A stretch of DNA of 60,424 nucleotides from an uncultured Methanosarcinales archaeon (GCA_964557345.1 CAZKZU010000002.1:1-60424); one strand, 5' to 3'. Positions 36,225-46,682 are shown, counted from the first letter of the stretch. Translations and numbers: made by a program. Notes: generated by a model not told the origin, from the letters alone.

Positions 36225-37754
36225 ATGGAAAGATCAAAAATTGCAATTTGGAATTTGACTGATTCAAAATTACCTGAACATATTGATTTTGAAGAAGGAA
36301 TTGGTCCATATAAATTAGCAACTATTGCTAAAGAAAATGGTTTTGATGTTGAGGTTTTTCAGGGAAATCATTTTGGTTGTAATTCCGAACAAATATGCGC
36401 AAAAACTGAAGAGGTTTTAAATAATAAAGGTCTAGTTGGAATAAGTTCTTTTTCTACTGCAAAAGGTTTATTAGAGCAATTAGCTAAAACTGAAACTTTT
36501 TCTAAATACCCTTTAGTTTTAGGTGGCGCTGGGGCTACGACAACTCCTGAACAATATTTAGAGTTATTTAAAGGAAAAAATCCTCTGGTATTAGTGGAGG
36601 GAGATGGTGAATTATTATTTGGACAAATTTTAGATACAAATCCTGCAGATTGGCATACAATTGATGGATTATGGACATACAGTTCTAATGGACTTTTGAA
36701 TAAAGGAAATTTTCAAACTCTTTCTAATTTAGATGAAAGCCCAATTATTGATTTGAAGCCAAGTTTTGCTCGAAAAATAGCTGAATCAAAAGTTAAAGAA
36801 TCATCTTCAGATTTAGTTGGAAAAATTATTGCAATTCGAGCTTTACAGTTTTCCCATTTTGAAACACGACGAGGATGTTATTATAATTGTGGTTTTTGTA
36901 GTGAACCTCAACTTGCAAAGAAGGGAGTTAGAAAAATGTCTCCACAACGAGCGGTTGATGAAATGGTGCATCTTTATAGTAATTTTGGAATTACTTTTTT
37001 TAATTTTTCAGATAATATTGCATTCGACAAACAAGAGTGGTGGCAAGAATTTGCAACAGAGTTGAAGACTAGCGGAATTTCTCAATACATTACATTTGGA
37101 GGTTATGGAACCCCGAAATTTTTTGCGTTACAAAATTGGTTTTCAGAAACAATTCCTGCATTAGCAGAAGTAGGATTATCTTTTATCACATTAGGTGTTC
37201 AGTCAGGATCCAAACGAGTTTTAACTGATATTATTAAAAGACCTGTGGATGATCCTGAAAATGCATTACAAGTTGTTAAAAATGCAGTTCCTCTTGGAAT
37301 AAATGTAAAGACTGATTTTATTGTTGGACATCCAACTGAAACACTTTTTGATTTAGAAAATACTTATACTGCGGTAAAAAGAATTTACGACTCTGGCGGA
37401 CAAGCTTTTGTTAGAAAATTAGGCATTGTTCCTAATTCACAATATGATATAAATTTGAGTAGTGGTAATTACGTTTTACCCAAGTGGACTGATGAATTTA
37501 CTTCAGTTGCTGAAAAATCATTAGCTTATCACGGAAAAAAAGATTCTTATAAAAATATATCTAAACAATTAGGTGTGGTTCCTAATTTAGAATTTATCGA
37601 TAGGTTTAAAGGAGTCAGATTTCCCAAACAGAGTATGAGTTTAGAGGAACTTCGTAAGAGTTTATCTACATTAAGGAATAGTGATATGTACGACGACGTT
37701 AAAATAAATTATGAATTATTATATGAGCTAGTTATTCAACAAAAGTCAGATTAA
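36225..37754 (+). CDS. B12-binding-domain radical SAM enzyme
   Basis: N-terminal Rossmann/B12-like region (VGISSFSTAKGLLEQL...PLVLGGAGATTTPEQYL) and the CxxxCxxC cluster RRGCYYNCGFCSE. The ATG directly abuts the upstream stop (tagATG). Confidence 0.85.
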   Translation: MERSKIAIWNLTDSKLPEHIDFEEGIGPYKLATIAKENGFDVEVFQGNHFGCNSEQICAKTEEVLNNKGLVGISSFSTAKGLLEQLAKTETFSKYPLVLGGAGATTTPEQYLELFKGKNPLVLVEGDGELLFGQILDTNPADWHTIDGLWTYSSNGLLNKGNFQTLSNLDESPIIDLKPSFARKIAESKVKESSSDLVGKIIAIRALQFSHFETRRGCYYNCGFCSEPQLAKKGVRKMSPQRAVDEMVHLYSNFGITFFNFSDNIAFDKQEWWQEFATELKTSGISQYITFGGYGTPKFFALQNWFSETIPALAEVGLSFITLGVQSGSKRVLTDIIKRPVDDPENALQVVKNAVPLGINVKTDFIVGHPTETLFDLENTYTAVKRIYDSGGQAFVRKLGIVPNSQYDINLSSGNYVLPKWTDEFTSVAEKSLAYHGKKDSYKNISKQLGVVPNLEFIDRFKGVRFPKQSMSLEELRKSLSTLRNSDMYDDVKINYELLYELVIQQKSD

Positions 37755-37838
37755 TTTTTTGTTTAGAATTTAATATCAGATAATTCTCAATTTAGTTTTA
37801 TTATTGTTATTACTATGTTTTTAATTTCACACAGTAAT

Positions 37839-38777
37839 TTATTTTAAATATGCTTTTAGACTGCTATCTATCATTTCTTGTAGTTTTCTTTTTGGTAACC
37901 AGCCCATTTTCTTCGCTTTTGTAGTTGATGCGATTATAATTGCAGGATCTCCTTTTCTATTAGCTCCAAGTTTACAATTTATTTTCATTTTTGAAGATTG
38001 TTCGAATCCTTTTACTAACTCATTTACAGAATATCCTTTTCCACTCCCTAGATTATATATTCCATTTTCCCAGTTGAGTGCAAGTACGTGTGCGTCAATC
38101 AAATCCCTTACGTCTATGTAATCTCTAACACAAGTTCCGTCGTTAGTTTTATATTTGTTTCCGTAAATTGTAAATTCTTTTCTTTTTCCAGTAAGGTTTT
38201 CAGCAAGAATAGGGAATACGTTTTTAGCCTCAGGATCTTGATAGTTTAACTCGTCTCCTGCGACGTTGAAGTATCTTAAACAAACAAATTTAATTTGGTG
38301 TATTTTACTGTACCAATCAATTATATTTTCTGCGCAAAGTTTTGTGTATCCATAATAACTAACAGGATTTGTTGGATGATTTTCATCGATTGGAACATAT
38401 TTCGGTTCTCCATACACAGCAGCAGATGACGAGAAAACAATTTTTTTAACTTTATATTTAACCATACAATTAAGTACGTTTGTAATTCCTTTAATATTAT
38501 CAGAATATTTTGGCGCATTTTCCATTGATTCTTCAACTGCTTTGTAACCTGCAAAATGAATCACTGCATCAAAAGGTTTTTCTTCGTGGTCTTTAAACAA
38601 AGTTTCTATTTCTTCTTTAGCGCAATCTAATTGATAAAATTTGATATTAGGTGGAAGTAATTCTTTTTTTCCTTTTGAGAGATTATCTACTACTATTACT
38701 TCGTGTTTTTTTTGTATTAGATATTTTACCGCAATACTTCCAATATACCCTGCACCGCCAGTAACTAAGATCTTCAT
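37839..38777 (-). CDS. galE: UDP-glucose 4-epimerase
   Basis: MKILVTGGAGYIGS, catalytic YGYTKLCAE (YxxxK), 312 aa extended SDR. The TTTATAAA box at 38801-38808 lies 24 nt upstream. Confidence 0.88.
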   Translation of the reverse strand: MKILVTGGAGYIGSIAVKYLIQKKHEVIVVDNLSKGKKELLPPNIKFYQLDCAKEEIETLFKDHEEKPFDAVIHFAGYKAVEESMENAPKYSDNIKGITNVLNCMVKYKVKKIVFSSSAAVYGEPKYVPIDENHPTNPVSYYGYTKLCAENIIDWYSKIHQIKFVCLRYFNVAGDELNYQDPEAKNVFPILAENLTGKRKEFTIYGNKYKTNDGTCVRDYIDVRDLIDAHVLALNWENGIYNLGSGKGYSVNELVKGFEQSSKMKINCKLGANRKGDPAIIIASTTKAKKMGWLPKRKLQEMIDSSLKAYLK

Positions 38778-38800
38778 ATATCGACTGGCTCAATAATGAG

Positions 38801-38808
38801 TTTATAAA
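38801..38808 (-). promoter_or_regulatory. TATA box (TTTATAAA) 24 nt upstream of the galE start
   Basis: Palindromic octamer at the spacing typical of leaderless genes here. Confidence 0.45.
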
Positions 38809-38907
38809 TGTTTTTTATATATTAACTAGTGCTCGATGTATTTTAAATAGTTATATCGGATAACCTATCTTTATTTGTAAAATGAAGGCACTCATTTTTA
38901 ACTAAAT

Positions 38908-39636
38908 TTAAACATTTCTTTTTAGAACATGAATGTCGAAGTCATTAAAAGCAACTTCTTGATTTAAATCGGTTAATCTTTGATTTGTTAAATGTAATAA
39001 AGGAACAAAAGTGCTTATAACATCTTCTTTTCTGTCAGATGGAACTATATTAGAGAACTTAAGTTTATCTGTATTGTTTGCATCACAGTGTGCGAAAAGT
39101 CTTTTTTGAACATCTTGGATGACTAAGTTTATGTCTGCGTGTTTTAGATTCATTGGTGGCAGAGGTTTAAGTGGTATTATTGCATTTACTTTTTTTTGTT
39201 GTGATTCAAGCATTTTCTCTAATGCACCAATTAAATCGTAGATGGACACTTTTCTTTTTCTTGCTTGGGGTGTTCTTGGAAATATTTTAAAGTCGTTTGG
39301 ATTAGCTTTATTATAAATAGGATTTCCAGCTTCATCAAATTCAGCGTATTCTTCCGATGAGTTCATTAAATTTTCAAGATTAGTTAAGTCAAAGTCGATA
39401 AATCGTCCAGATTTTAATCTTAAAAGAATTGCCGCTGCTAATATTATTTTACCTGATATTTTCAAATTAGTTTCTTTCATTTGTTTGATGAAATCCAAGA
39501 ATTTACCAGTTAAGATTGTGATATCTACATCCCAAGGATCCATTTGCTCAGAATTAACTAATTCATGAAGTGTAGCTTGCCAACTAACGTCATCTTCCTC
39601 AATCAGATTTGTTAGGAATGCTTGTTCGTTTACCAT
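38908..39636 (-). CDS. scpA: Segregation and condensation protein A (kleisin ScpA)
   Basis: LHELVNSEQMDPWDVDITILTGKFLDFIK... is the typical ScpA N-terminus. 242 aa, divergent from smc. Confidence 0.8.
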   Translation of the reverse strand: MVNEQAFLTNLIEEDDVSWQATLHELVNSEQMDPWDVDITILTGKFLDFIKQMKETNLKISGKIILAAAILLRLKSGRFIDFDLTNLENLMNSSEEYAEFDEAGNPIYNKANPNDFKIFPRTPQARKRKVSIYDLIGALEKMLESQQKKVNAIIPLKPLPPMNLKHADINLVIQDVQKRLFAHCDANNTDKLKFSNIVPSDRKEDVISTFVPLLHLTNQRLTDLNQEVAFNDFDIHVLKRNV

Positions 39637-39774
39637 TTCAGTAATTTAGTACTATGCCGTTATTATTAAATTTAATCTGGTTGTTTATAAATATTCAGGG
39701 TTAGTGGACTTCAATGTACCGAGAAACTTTATAAATGCTGAATTTAATTTTTCATTGATAAAAGGTAAAGTTAA

Positions 39775-42700
39775 ATGACTAAGATATTAAAACTTGAGGC
39801 AAAAGGCTTCAAATCTTTCGCAAATAAAACTGAATTTTTGTTTGGTGATAACTTTAATGTAATTCTAGGTCCTAATGGGAGTGGTAAGTCTAATGTTCTT
39901 GATGCGCTTTGTTTTGTTTTAGGTAAATCTAGTGCAAAAGGGCTTAGAGCCGAAAAATCTTCTAATTTAATATATAATGGTGGTAAGAGTAAACAACCTG
40001 CAAAGCAAGGAGAGGTTTCTATATATTTTGATAATTCTAAAAAAGAGTTTCCAGTCGATGTTGCTGAAGTTAAAATTACGAGAATTATTCGAGAGAATGG
40101 ACAATCTATTTACAAAATTAATGAAGAAAAGCATACTAGAGAGCAGATATTGGAATTACTTGGTGCGGCTCAAATTTTCCCTGATGGTTATAATATTATT
40201 TTGCAAGGAGATATTGTTAGATTAGTTGAGATGTCTCCAGTTGAGAGAAGAGGAATTATTGAGGAAATCGCAGGAATTTCTGTGTACGAAGATAAAAAGC
40301 AAAAGGCTATGAATGAATTAGATAAGATTGAAAAAAATCTTAATGATGCTGAAATTATTTTACAAGAAAGAAAAGTTTATTTGTCAGAACTTAAAAAAGA
40401 AAGAGATCAAGCAGTTTTGTATAAGGAATTAATTGAAAAAGTCAGATCCTTAAAAGCAACATTAGTTCATATAGAGATCGAGTCTAGAGAGAAAAGTGTT
40501 TCTGAAATTAATGTTAAGTCAGGAGTTTTTGTTGAAAAAATAACCGCAATTCAAAAAGAGATCGCTGAAATTAAAACAATAGTTGTTGATTTTAAGAAAA
40601 AAATTGCGGATATTAATCATGAGATTGAAGAAAAAGGCGAACAAAGTCAAATTATTATTCATAAACAAGTTGAAATGCTTCGAGTTGATTTAGCGACTTC
40701 TACAGCAGGGATTGATGGGTTCAAAAATGAATTAGATAGAATTAAATCTCAAAGAAATCAATTAGAGCAATCATTAAATGAAACGAACACGAAACTTAGT
40801 TTGACTCAAAATGACATAGTTAGTTATACAAAAGAGTTGGAAGATAATAAACGATTGCAAGCAAGTATTGTTCAAAAAATAGCAGATTTCAAATTAAAAA
40901 ATAAATTAGATGATGCATCAGATGTTGAAAAACAAATTGCAGATATTGATGCTAAAGTTGAAGCACTTGAAAAAGAAATTTTTGAAATGCGAGGGAAACA
41001 ACAAGATTTTATTAGAGAAAAAGATAGACTTGAAATTCAAATTGCAAATGCTGATGAGAGAATAACTAAAGTTGCTCAAGTTTCAAAAGAGAGTAAGCAA
41101 GAAGTTGAAAGGTTACAAGAATTAAAAAAACAATTTAAAACATCTACAGTTGAATTACAAAAATGCTTGACTAACGATGCTTCTTATGCAGGTCAAGTAT
41201 CTACTGCTCGAGGTAAATTAGGTTCTATTCAAGAAGAATTAGCTAAAACAAGAGTGCGACAAGCTAGTTTAAAAGAAATGATTGGCGGAGATATGGCTGT
41301 TAAGTCCATTATCCAAAATAAAAGTAAATTTGAGGGCGTATTCGGTACTGTTGCAGAATTAGGAGTAGTTGAAAAAAAATATGCTACTGCTTTAGATGTT
41401 GCAGCTGGAAATAGATTAAATAGTATTGTTGTAAGTGATGATAAAGTTGCATCAGAATGTATAAAATTCTTAAAAAATCAAAAATTAGGCGCAGCAACTT
41501 TCCTTCCATTAAACAAGATTAAGGGTGGGTCAGTTGATTCTTCTATTTTGAAAACTCAAGGTGTTGTTGGTTCTGCAATCGCACTTGTTAAGTTTGATCC
41601 TAAATATAAGGCCGTATTTAGTTATGTATTCGGGGGAACTGTCGTTGTAGATAATATCGATACTGCTCGAAGAATAGGAATTGGAAATTATAAGATGGTA
41701 ACTCTTGATGGAGATATTGCTGAAGTTTCTGGTGCAATGCGAGGAGGGTTTATTAGAAGAAATTCTGGGACCGGATTTCAAGAAGCAAAAGATGATAATG
41801 AAGAAAAGTTAGAAGAACAAGAATCTGATTATCAAACTTTAGTTGCTAAACTTGAGACTGATCGAAAAAATAATCAAGATCAAATCGATAGACTGCGAGA
41901 GTTAAAAGCTAATTTAGAAGGGGATATTATTAGAATTGAAAAAAGTCTTCATTTAGATAGTGATGACCTTGAGATTTCACAAAAATTAAAATCAGAATTT
42001 AAATTAAAATTAGTTCAAGTTGAAACTGATTTGACCGCAATTAGTACAGTTGTTTCTGGAAAAAATAGAGAACTTGCAACATTCAAAATAGATAAGCAAA
42101 AAATGAGAGCTCAGATAATGGGTATGAAAGATCCAACTAAATTGGCAGAATTAACTGCATTTGAGCAGAAGTTACAATCTCTTAAAAATGATTCTATAAA
42201 ATTAGATACTGAAATAGGTATTAAGAAAAAACAAGTTGAGTCTTCTTCCGATGTTAAAAATATAAAGGATTTGTTGATTAGTAATGATTCAGAGAAAAAA
42301 GATATTGATGCTAAAGTAGATAAAATAAAAGAAAAAATAGTTAAAATTACTGCGGATCTTAAAGAAAAAGAGCAAGTAGAAAAAGAATTTATGGCTAAAT
42401 TTAAATTGTATTTTGCTGAAAGAAATAAGTTAATGGAAAAAGTAGATAAAGAAGAAGCTAAGATAATTAAGAAGGACGAGGAATTACGAGAAAATGAGCA
42501 TAAAAATACTACATTTGCTTTAGATTTAGCAAGAATTCGTGCTGAATTAAATGCGTATTTAGAGGAGTTTAAGCAGTATGAAGGAGTTAAACTTTTAACG
42601 CCTTCTTCTGATATGAGAAAAGAGCTTTGGGCGGCAGAGCAAAAGCTTGGAAGAATTGGTAATGTTAATATGAAGGCTTTAGAAATCTTCGATAAGATTG

Positions 42701-43245
42701 AAGAAGAATTCAATAAATTGTTAGTTAAAAAAGATATTTTAATTGATGAAAAAGAAAAAGTTTTAATGATGATTAATGAGATTGAAAGTAAGAAAAAAGA
42801 TCTTTTCATGACTATGTTTGACGTAGTTAATAATAATTTCCAAAAGGTATTTGAAATTTTATCTACTAAAGGTGAAGCTTCAATGGAATTGGAAAATCCT
42901 AAAGCACCATTTGATGGTGGAGTTATAATTAAAGTAAGATTAACTGGTAAGAAATTTATGGATATTAGAAGTCTTTCTGGTGGAGAGAAAACTCTCACTG
43001 CATTAGCATTCATTTTTGCTGTTCAAGAACATAATCCTGCATCATTCTATGTATTCGACGAAGTTGATGCCGCTCTTGATAAAAGAAATGCTGAAAAACT
43101 AGCAGGTTTAGTTAAAGCTTATTCTAACCGAGCACAATATGTTGTTATTAGCCACAATGATGGGGTTATTTCAGCAGCGGACATTCTTTATGGTGTAAGC
43201 ATGGATGAGCACGGAATTACTAAAGTAGTGAGTTTGAAGGTTTAA
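39775..43245 (+). CDS. smc: Chromosome partition protein SMC
   Basis: Walker A GPNGSGKSNVLDAL, long coiled coils, hinge (GVFGTVAELG...), signature LSGGEKTLTALAFIFA, Walker B FDEVDAALD. 1156 aa. Confidence 0.95.
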   Translation: MTKILKLEAKGFKSFANKTEFLFGDNFNVILGPNGSGKSNVLDALCFVLGKSSAKGLRAEKSSNLIYNGGKSKQPAKQGEVSIYFDNSKKEFPVDVAEVKITRIIRENGQSIYKINEEKHTREQILELLGAAQIFPDGYNIILQGDIVRLVEMSPVERRGIIEEIAGISVYEDKKQKAMNELDKIEKNLNDAEIILQERKVYLSELKKERDQAVLYKELIEKVRSLKATLVHIEIESREKSVSEINVKSGVFVEKITAIQKEIAEIKTIVVDFKKKIADINHEIEEKGEQSQIIIHKQVEMLRVDLATSTAGIDGFKNELDRIKSQRNQLEQSLNETNTKLSLTQNDIVSYTKELEDNKRLQASIVQKIADFKLKNKLDDASDVEKQIADIDAKVEALEKEIFEMRGKQQDFIREKDRLEIQIANADERITKVAQVSKESKQEVERLQELKKQFKTSTVELQKCLTNDASYAGQVSTARGKLGSIQEELAKTRVRQASLKEMIGGDMAVKSIIQNKSKFEGVFGTVAELGVVEKKYATALDVAAGNRLNSIVVSDDKVASECIKFLKNQKLGAATFLPLNKIKGGSVDSSILKTQGVVGSAIALVKFDPKYKAVFSYVFGGTVVVDNIDTARRIGIGNYKMVTLDGDIAEVSGAMRGGFIRRNSGTGFQEAKDDNEEKLEEQESDYQTLVAKLETDRKNNQDQIDRLRELKANLEGDIIRIEKSLHLDSDDLEISQKLKSEFKLKLVQVETDLTAISTVVSGKNRELATFKIDKQKMRAQIMGMKDPTKLAELTAFEQKLQSLKNDSIKLDTEIGIKKKQVESSSDVKNIKDLLISNDSEKKDIDAKVDKIKEKIVKITADLKEKEQVEKEFMAKFKLYFAERNKLMEKVDKEEAKIIKKDEELRENEHKNTTFALDLARIRAELNAYLEEFKQYEGVKLLTPSSDMRKELWAAEQKLGRIGNVNMKALEIFDKIEEEFNKLLVKKDILIDEKEKVLMMINEIESKKKDLFMTMFDVVNNNFQKVFEILSTKGEASMELENPKAPFDGGVIIKVRLTGKKFMDIRSLSGGEKTLTALAFIFAVQEHNPASFYVFDEVDAALDKRNAEKLAGLVKAYSNRAQYVVISHNDGVISAADILYGVSMDEHGITKVVSLKV

Positions 43246-43293
43246 TGTTATTTGAATTTTTAGTTAATGTGTTTTTTCATAAGAGGTTTAATT

Positions 43294-44067
43294 ATGATTG
43301 AGATATCTTCTATTGCATCTGGAAGTAATGGTAATTGTTATTATATTGGAAATGAAACGAGTGCAATTCTAATTGATGCGGGAGTTAGTTGTAAACAGAT
43401 TGTAAATAGAATGAGTTCTCTTGGTTTAGATATTAGTAAACTCAAAGGCATTTTTGTAACGCACGAACATTCTGATCACATTAAAGGAATAAATGTTTTT
43501 TCAACGAAATTTAAAATTCCAATTTATATATCTGAGAAAACACATGCTAATTCGCCTATTACTGTAGCTTCTAACTTAGTTAATTTTTTTAAAGTTAACG
43601 AACATATTGATGTAGGGAATTTTTGTGTACATTCTTTTGCAAAGCAACACGATGCCGCTGACCCGTGTAGTTTTATTATACATTCAGAAGGAAAAAAGAT
43701 CGCAGTTTTAACAGACATTGGTGCGCCTTGTAAAAATGTTATCAAGGTTTTAAAGGAAAGTGATGTCGTGTTTTTAGAATCAAATTATGACGATGAAATG
43801 TTGGCAAATGGCAAATATCCTTATTTTTTAAAGAAAAGAATATCCGGAGATTGCGGGCATATGTCTAATTATCAGGCGGGACTTTTAGTTTTACAACATG
43901 CAAAAGATAGTTTAACTCATGTTTTTTTATCACATTTGTCTGAAAATAACAATACTCCTGAATTAGCACATTCTACTTTTACTGACATGATTAAAGAACG
44001 AAAGGATCTTCGTCCTAATGTAATTCTGACTGATCGGGATAAAGAAACGCAAATTTTTAGATTTTAA
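43294..44067 (+). CDS. Metallo-beta-lactamase fold hydrolase
   Basis: MIEISSIASGSNGNCYYIG and THEHSDH motifs. AAGAGG Shine-Dalgarno-like sequence 8 nt upstream of the ATG at 43294. The track start at 43267 adds 9 poorly supported residues. Confidence 0.8.
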   Translation: MIEISSIASGSNGNCYYIGNETSAILIDAGVSCKQIVNRMSSLGLDISKLKGIFVTHEHSDHIKGINVFSTKFKIPIYISEKTHANSPITVASNLVNFFKVNEHIDVGNFCVHSFAKQHDAADPCSFIIHSEGKKIAVLTDIGAPCKNVIKVLKESDVVFLESNYDDEMLANGKYPYFLKKRISGDCGHMSNYQAGLLVLQHAKDSLTHVFLSHLSENNNTPELAHSTFTDMIKERKDLRPNVILTDRDKETQIFRF

Positions 44068-44079
44068 AATAATGTTGAT

Positions 44080-45261
44080 TTATGTTTTGTTTATATTATT
44101 TTTTTGATTTTCGTGGTTTTTATTTTCTAATTCTATTTTGAAAAACAACATTAGTGCGGTTAATATTCCGAATATAATAAATGTTGCAATAAATCCATTT
44201 TTAATGCTCATTGTTTTTAAAAATATGTATGTCAATCCGACGATTGTAATTCTAGCTATATTGAATATAATCTCTCGTCGTCCAAAAAATTCTGCTTTAT
44301 TACTTTTTTTTGCAAGCGGAATTATTGTTGAATCGACAGGTATGGTTGCAAATTGCATGCTTATTGTTATAATTATCCACGCCATAAAAAATAATATACT
44401 AGTGTTTATGAATCCAGCGAGTGCAGTAGTTATGGATAATACTATTATTGCAATAGGGAGTTGCTTGTATTTGACCTTTGAATAAGTGTATCTTGAAACA
44501 GCAATTGCGATTATTGCAAATATTCCAATTAAAGATCCACTCATCCCTAGATTTGAGAAGTCTGGTTTTGTTAAATATATCATTAGAGATAAGAATATTC
44601 CGAATACTGCTAATGCGCCTTGGCCTAAATATGTTAATACAAATTCTTTATTTTTAATGTTTTTGCGTATTGTTTTTATTATGTCGAATTGTTCTGCATC
44701 ATGTTTGTAATTTCGTGATGTAAATAGGGGCATAGGGGCTATTATCAATAACAGAAATGATAGGGCGAAAACTAGTTGTATGTTAACGATTTTAATTAAT
44801 AATGCGCCAATTAGTGGTCCAATAATTGCAACGATATTAAAAATAATCATCATTGATGATATATCATTTGTTGAATCTTTGTCGTTTGATATTTTAGCCA
44901 ATTCAAAATTATACGATAGCCAGTAGAAAGCATCGAATATTCCAAATATTATTCCACAGATTGCAACCCCTATGGTTTGCATAATGTTATTATATAATAT
45001 TAAATAAAAAATGATTCCTGGTATTGCGCTTAACATTATTAACTTTGCAGGTCCGTATTTGGATATCAATTTTGATGCAATGGCTGTAAACACTATCATT
45101 GATGAGTACAGCATAAAATAGAATAGAAATATGTCTGATATTTGTTTTGTTGTTATGTATATATAAGCTGGTAAAAATATTGTTATTATTGAATTAGCTA
45201 GATTTCTTAGTCCTGCCGAAGTTGCAAAGTGTTGCATTTCTTTTCTTAGAGTTTGATTCAT
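44080..45261 (-). CDS. MFS-type transporter
   Basis: 393 aa with about 12 hydrophobic helices in a two-bundle arrangement and a central basic loop. Substrate unknown. Confidence 0.65.
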   Translation of the reverse strand: MNQTLRKEMQHFATSAGLRNLANSIITIFLPAYIYITTKQISDIFLFYFMLYSSMIVFTAIASKLISKYGPAKLIMLSAIPGIIFYLILYNNIMQTIGVAICGIIFGIFDAFYWLSYNFELAKISNDKDSTNDISSMMIIFNIVAIIGPLIGALLIKIVNIQLVFALSFLLLIIAPMPLFTSRNYKHDAEQFDIIKTIRKNIKNKEFVLTYLGQGALAVFGIFLSLMIYLTKPDFSNLGMSGSLIGIFAIIAIAVSRYTYSKVKYKQLPIAIIVLSITTALAGFINTSILFFMAWIIITISMQFATIPVDSTIIPLAKKSNKAEFFGRREIIFNIARITIVGLTYIFLKTMSIKNGFIATFIIFGILTALMLFFKIELENKNHENQKNNINKT

Positions 45262-45318
45262 GGTAGTATTTTTATGTGGTTTATTTTGTTAAATATACGA
45301 TTTTTAGATAGTGGTATA

Positions 45319-46101
45319 TTATTTCTTTTTTAATTTACAGCTTCCAGGCGGTAGTGATTTAATGAAATCATCTAGAAGGCCATCTTCAAATGATTTTTTT
45401 AGTTTTTTAGCGATATCAGATGGTTTTTCATCTCCTTGAACTATTGTTTCTATTTTAGTATATTCTTTTAAACTACTTACAGGTCCTGCAATAACAACAC
45501 CTTCTTTTACAGTTATTCCTAATTCCATTTTATGACGGGTGTAATTAGTTTTTCCTCTTATTACAAAACTTCCTTTTGAAAGATATTCTCCAGTGTTCGC
45601 CTCTTTTGTTACTTGTTCTGGTTTTACATAAAATACTTCTGCGTTTCCGATTCCCTTTTTCCAAGCTCTTGAATAACATGCAGTAGCTGTTGCAACTTCT
45701 TCGATCTCCTCATCAGTTGCTTGGTCTTCATTTAATTTAATTACAAAAAATGGACTTCCTGCCATGTCAGTGTGGAAAACTAAATCATTTTTATCTAGAT
45801 GTTTTTTAATAATTACTTCGTTACTTCCAGCATCTCTTCCGCCAATACATAGATGTTTTTTTGATGTGAAAAACCATCTGAATTTTTCATACCACTCTTT
45901 TTTACGTGATTTAAGAATATTTTTGGATTCTTCTTCTTCTAAAAAGGCTCTTTCTTTGTTAGATAGAATTTCTTTTTCTTTTTCATATTTAGAAACGGTT
46001 TCGTTTATTCCTTCGATTTTTCCTTTGAATTTTTTAGATTTTTCAAAGTAGCTTGCTGCATTCTCGTTCACGTTCCTTCTTAAATCAAAGCTAATCTTCA
46101 T
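45319..46101 (-). CDS. Stand-alone NFACT-R (DUF814) RNA-binding domain protein with N-terminal coiled coil
   Basis: FFTSKKHLCIGGRDAGSNEVIIKKHLDKNDLVFHTDMAGSPFFVIK is the NFACT-R/DUF814 signature found in RqcH/FbpA-type proteins. Only 260 aa and no NFACT-N domain. Confidence 0.75.
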   Translation of the reverse strand: MKISFDLRRNVNENAASYFEKSKKFKGKIEGINETVSKYEKEKEILSNKERAFLEEEESKNILKSRKKEWYEKFRWFFTSKKHLCIGGRDAGSNEVIIKKHLDKNDLVFHTDMAGSPFFVIKLNEDQATDEEIEEVATATACYSRAWKKGIGNAEVFYVKPEQVTKEANTGEYLSKGSFVIRGKTNYTRHKMELGITVKEGVVIAGPVSSLKEYTKIETIVQGDEKPSDIAKKLKKSFEDGLLDDFIKSLPPGSCKLKKK

Positions 46102-46193
46102 GGTGTTTAATTATTTGCCGCTATTACTCTTCTTCGTGATTATTATTATCCTTATTTTGTAGCAGTTCTTTTATTATTATTATTATTATTATT

Positions 46194-46682
46194 TTATTCA
46201 ACACAATCTTTAATTTGGCTAGAATAATCTCCTGCGCCAGTGCAATACACATAGTTATTATTAAAATAAACGAAAGGGCTTAGTTTAGCCGATGTTAATT
46301 CCCCATTTTTTATGACATCATAGTTTATTTCTAATTTCTTGACTTCATTTGGTTTAATTTTATTGTACGTATCTATTATATCAGCCGTTCTGGCTTGATA
46401 ATTCAATCGTACGCCCTCAATCGCCTCTCCTTGATTATTTACGTTAATTTCTATTTTATCAGTTTCTCTGTTGAAACATATATCATTTTCGAAATTTGAT
46501 TCTGTAAATTTTATATTTATTTTTTCACAAATTCCCGTTCCATCTTTATTTTCAATTCCTTGAGCATTTGAAGTCCAATTTATTACAACGGAACCAACTG
46601 ATACTGCAAGAGCCATTAGGAGTATGGTTGCAACTAAAGGAGATACTCCCTTTTTTGATCTAATCGAAAATTTAATATTCAT
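46194..46682 (-). CDS. Archaeal type IV pilin-like protein (DUF1628-type class III signal peptide)
   Basis: SKKGVSPLVATILLMALAVSVGSVV is the classical K-G/VSPV-IATVLL prepilin N-terminus. Confidence 0.7.
   Translation of the reverse strand: MNIKFSIRSKKGVSPLVATILLMALAVSVGSVVINWTSNAQGIENKDGTGICEKINIKFTESNFENDICFNRETDKIEINVNNQGEAIEGVRLNYQARTADIIDTYNKIKPNEVKKLEINYDVIKNGELTSAKLSPFVYFNNNYVYCTGAGDYSSQIKDCVE

Noticed and set aside
42111-43013. 300-aa ORF on the minus strand inside smc
   Set aside because: It lies fully antisense to the well-supported SMC coding region. Its Ser/Leu/Phe/Ile-rich low-complexity translation is the expected mirror of Lys/Glu/Asn-rich coiled-coil codons. No start context.
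46171-46193. (ATT)7 microsatellite just downstream of the pilin-like gene stop
   Set aside because: Simple-sequence tract in a 3' intergenic region of an AT-rich genome. It is outside the coding sequence, so it is unlikely to be functional.
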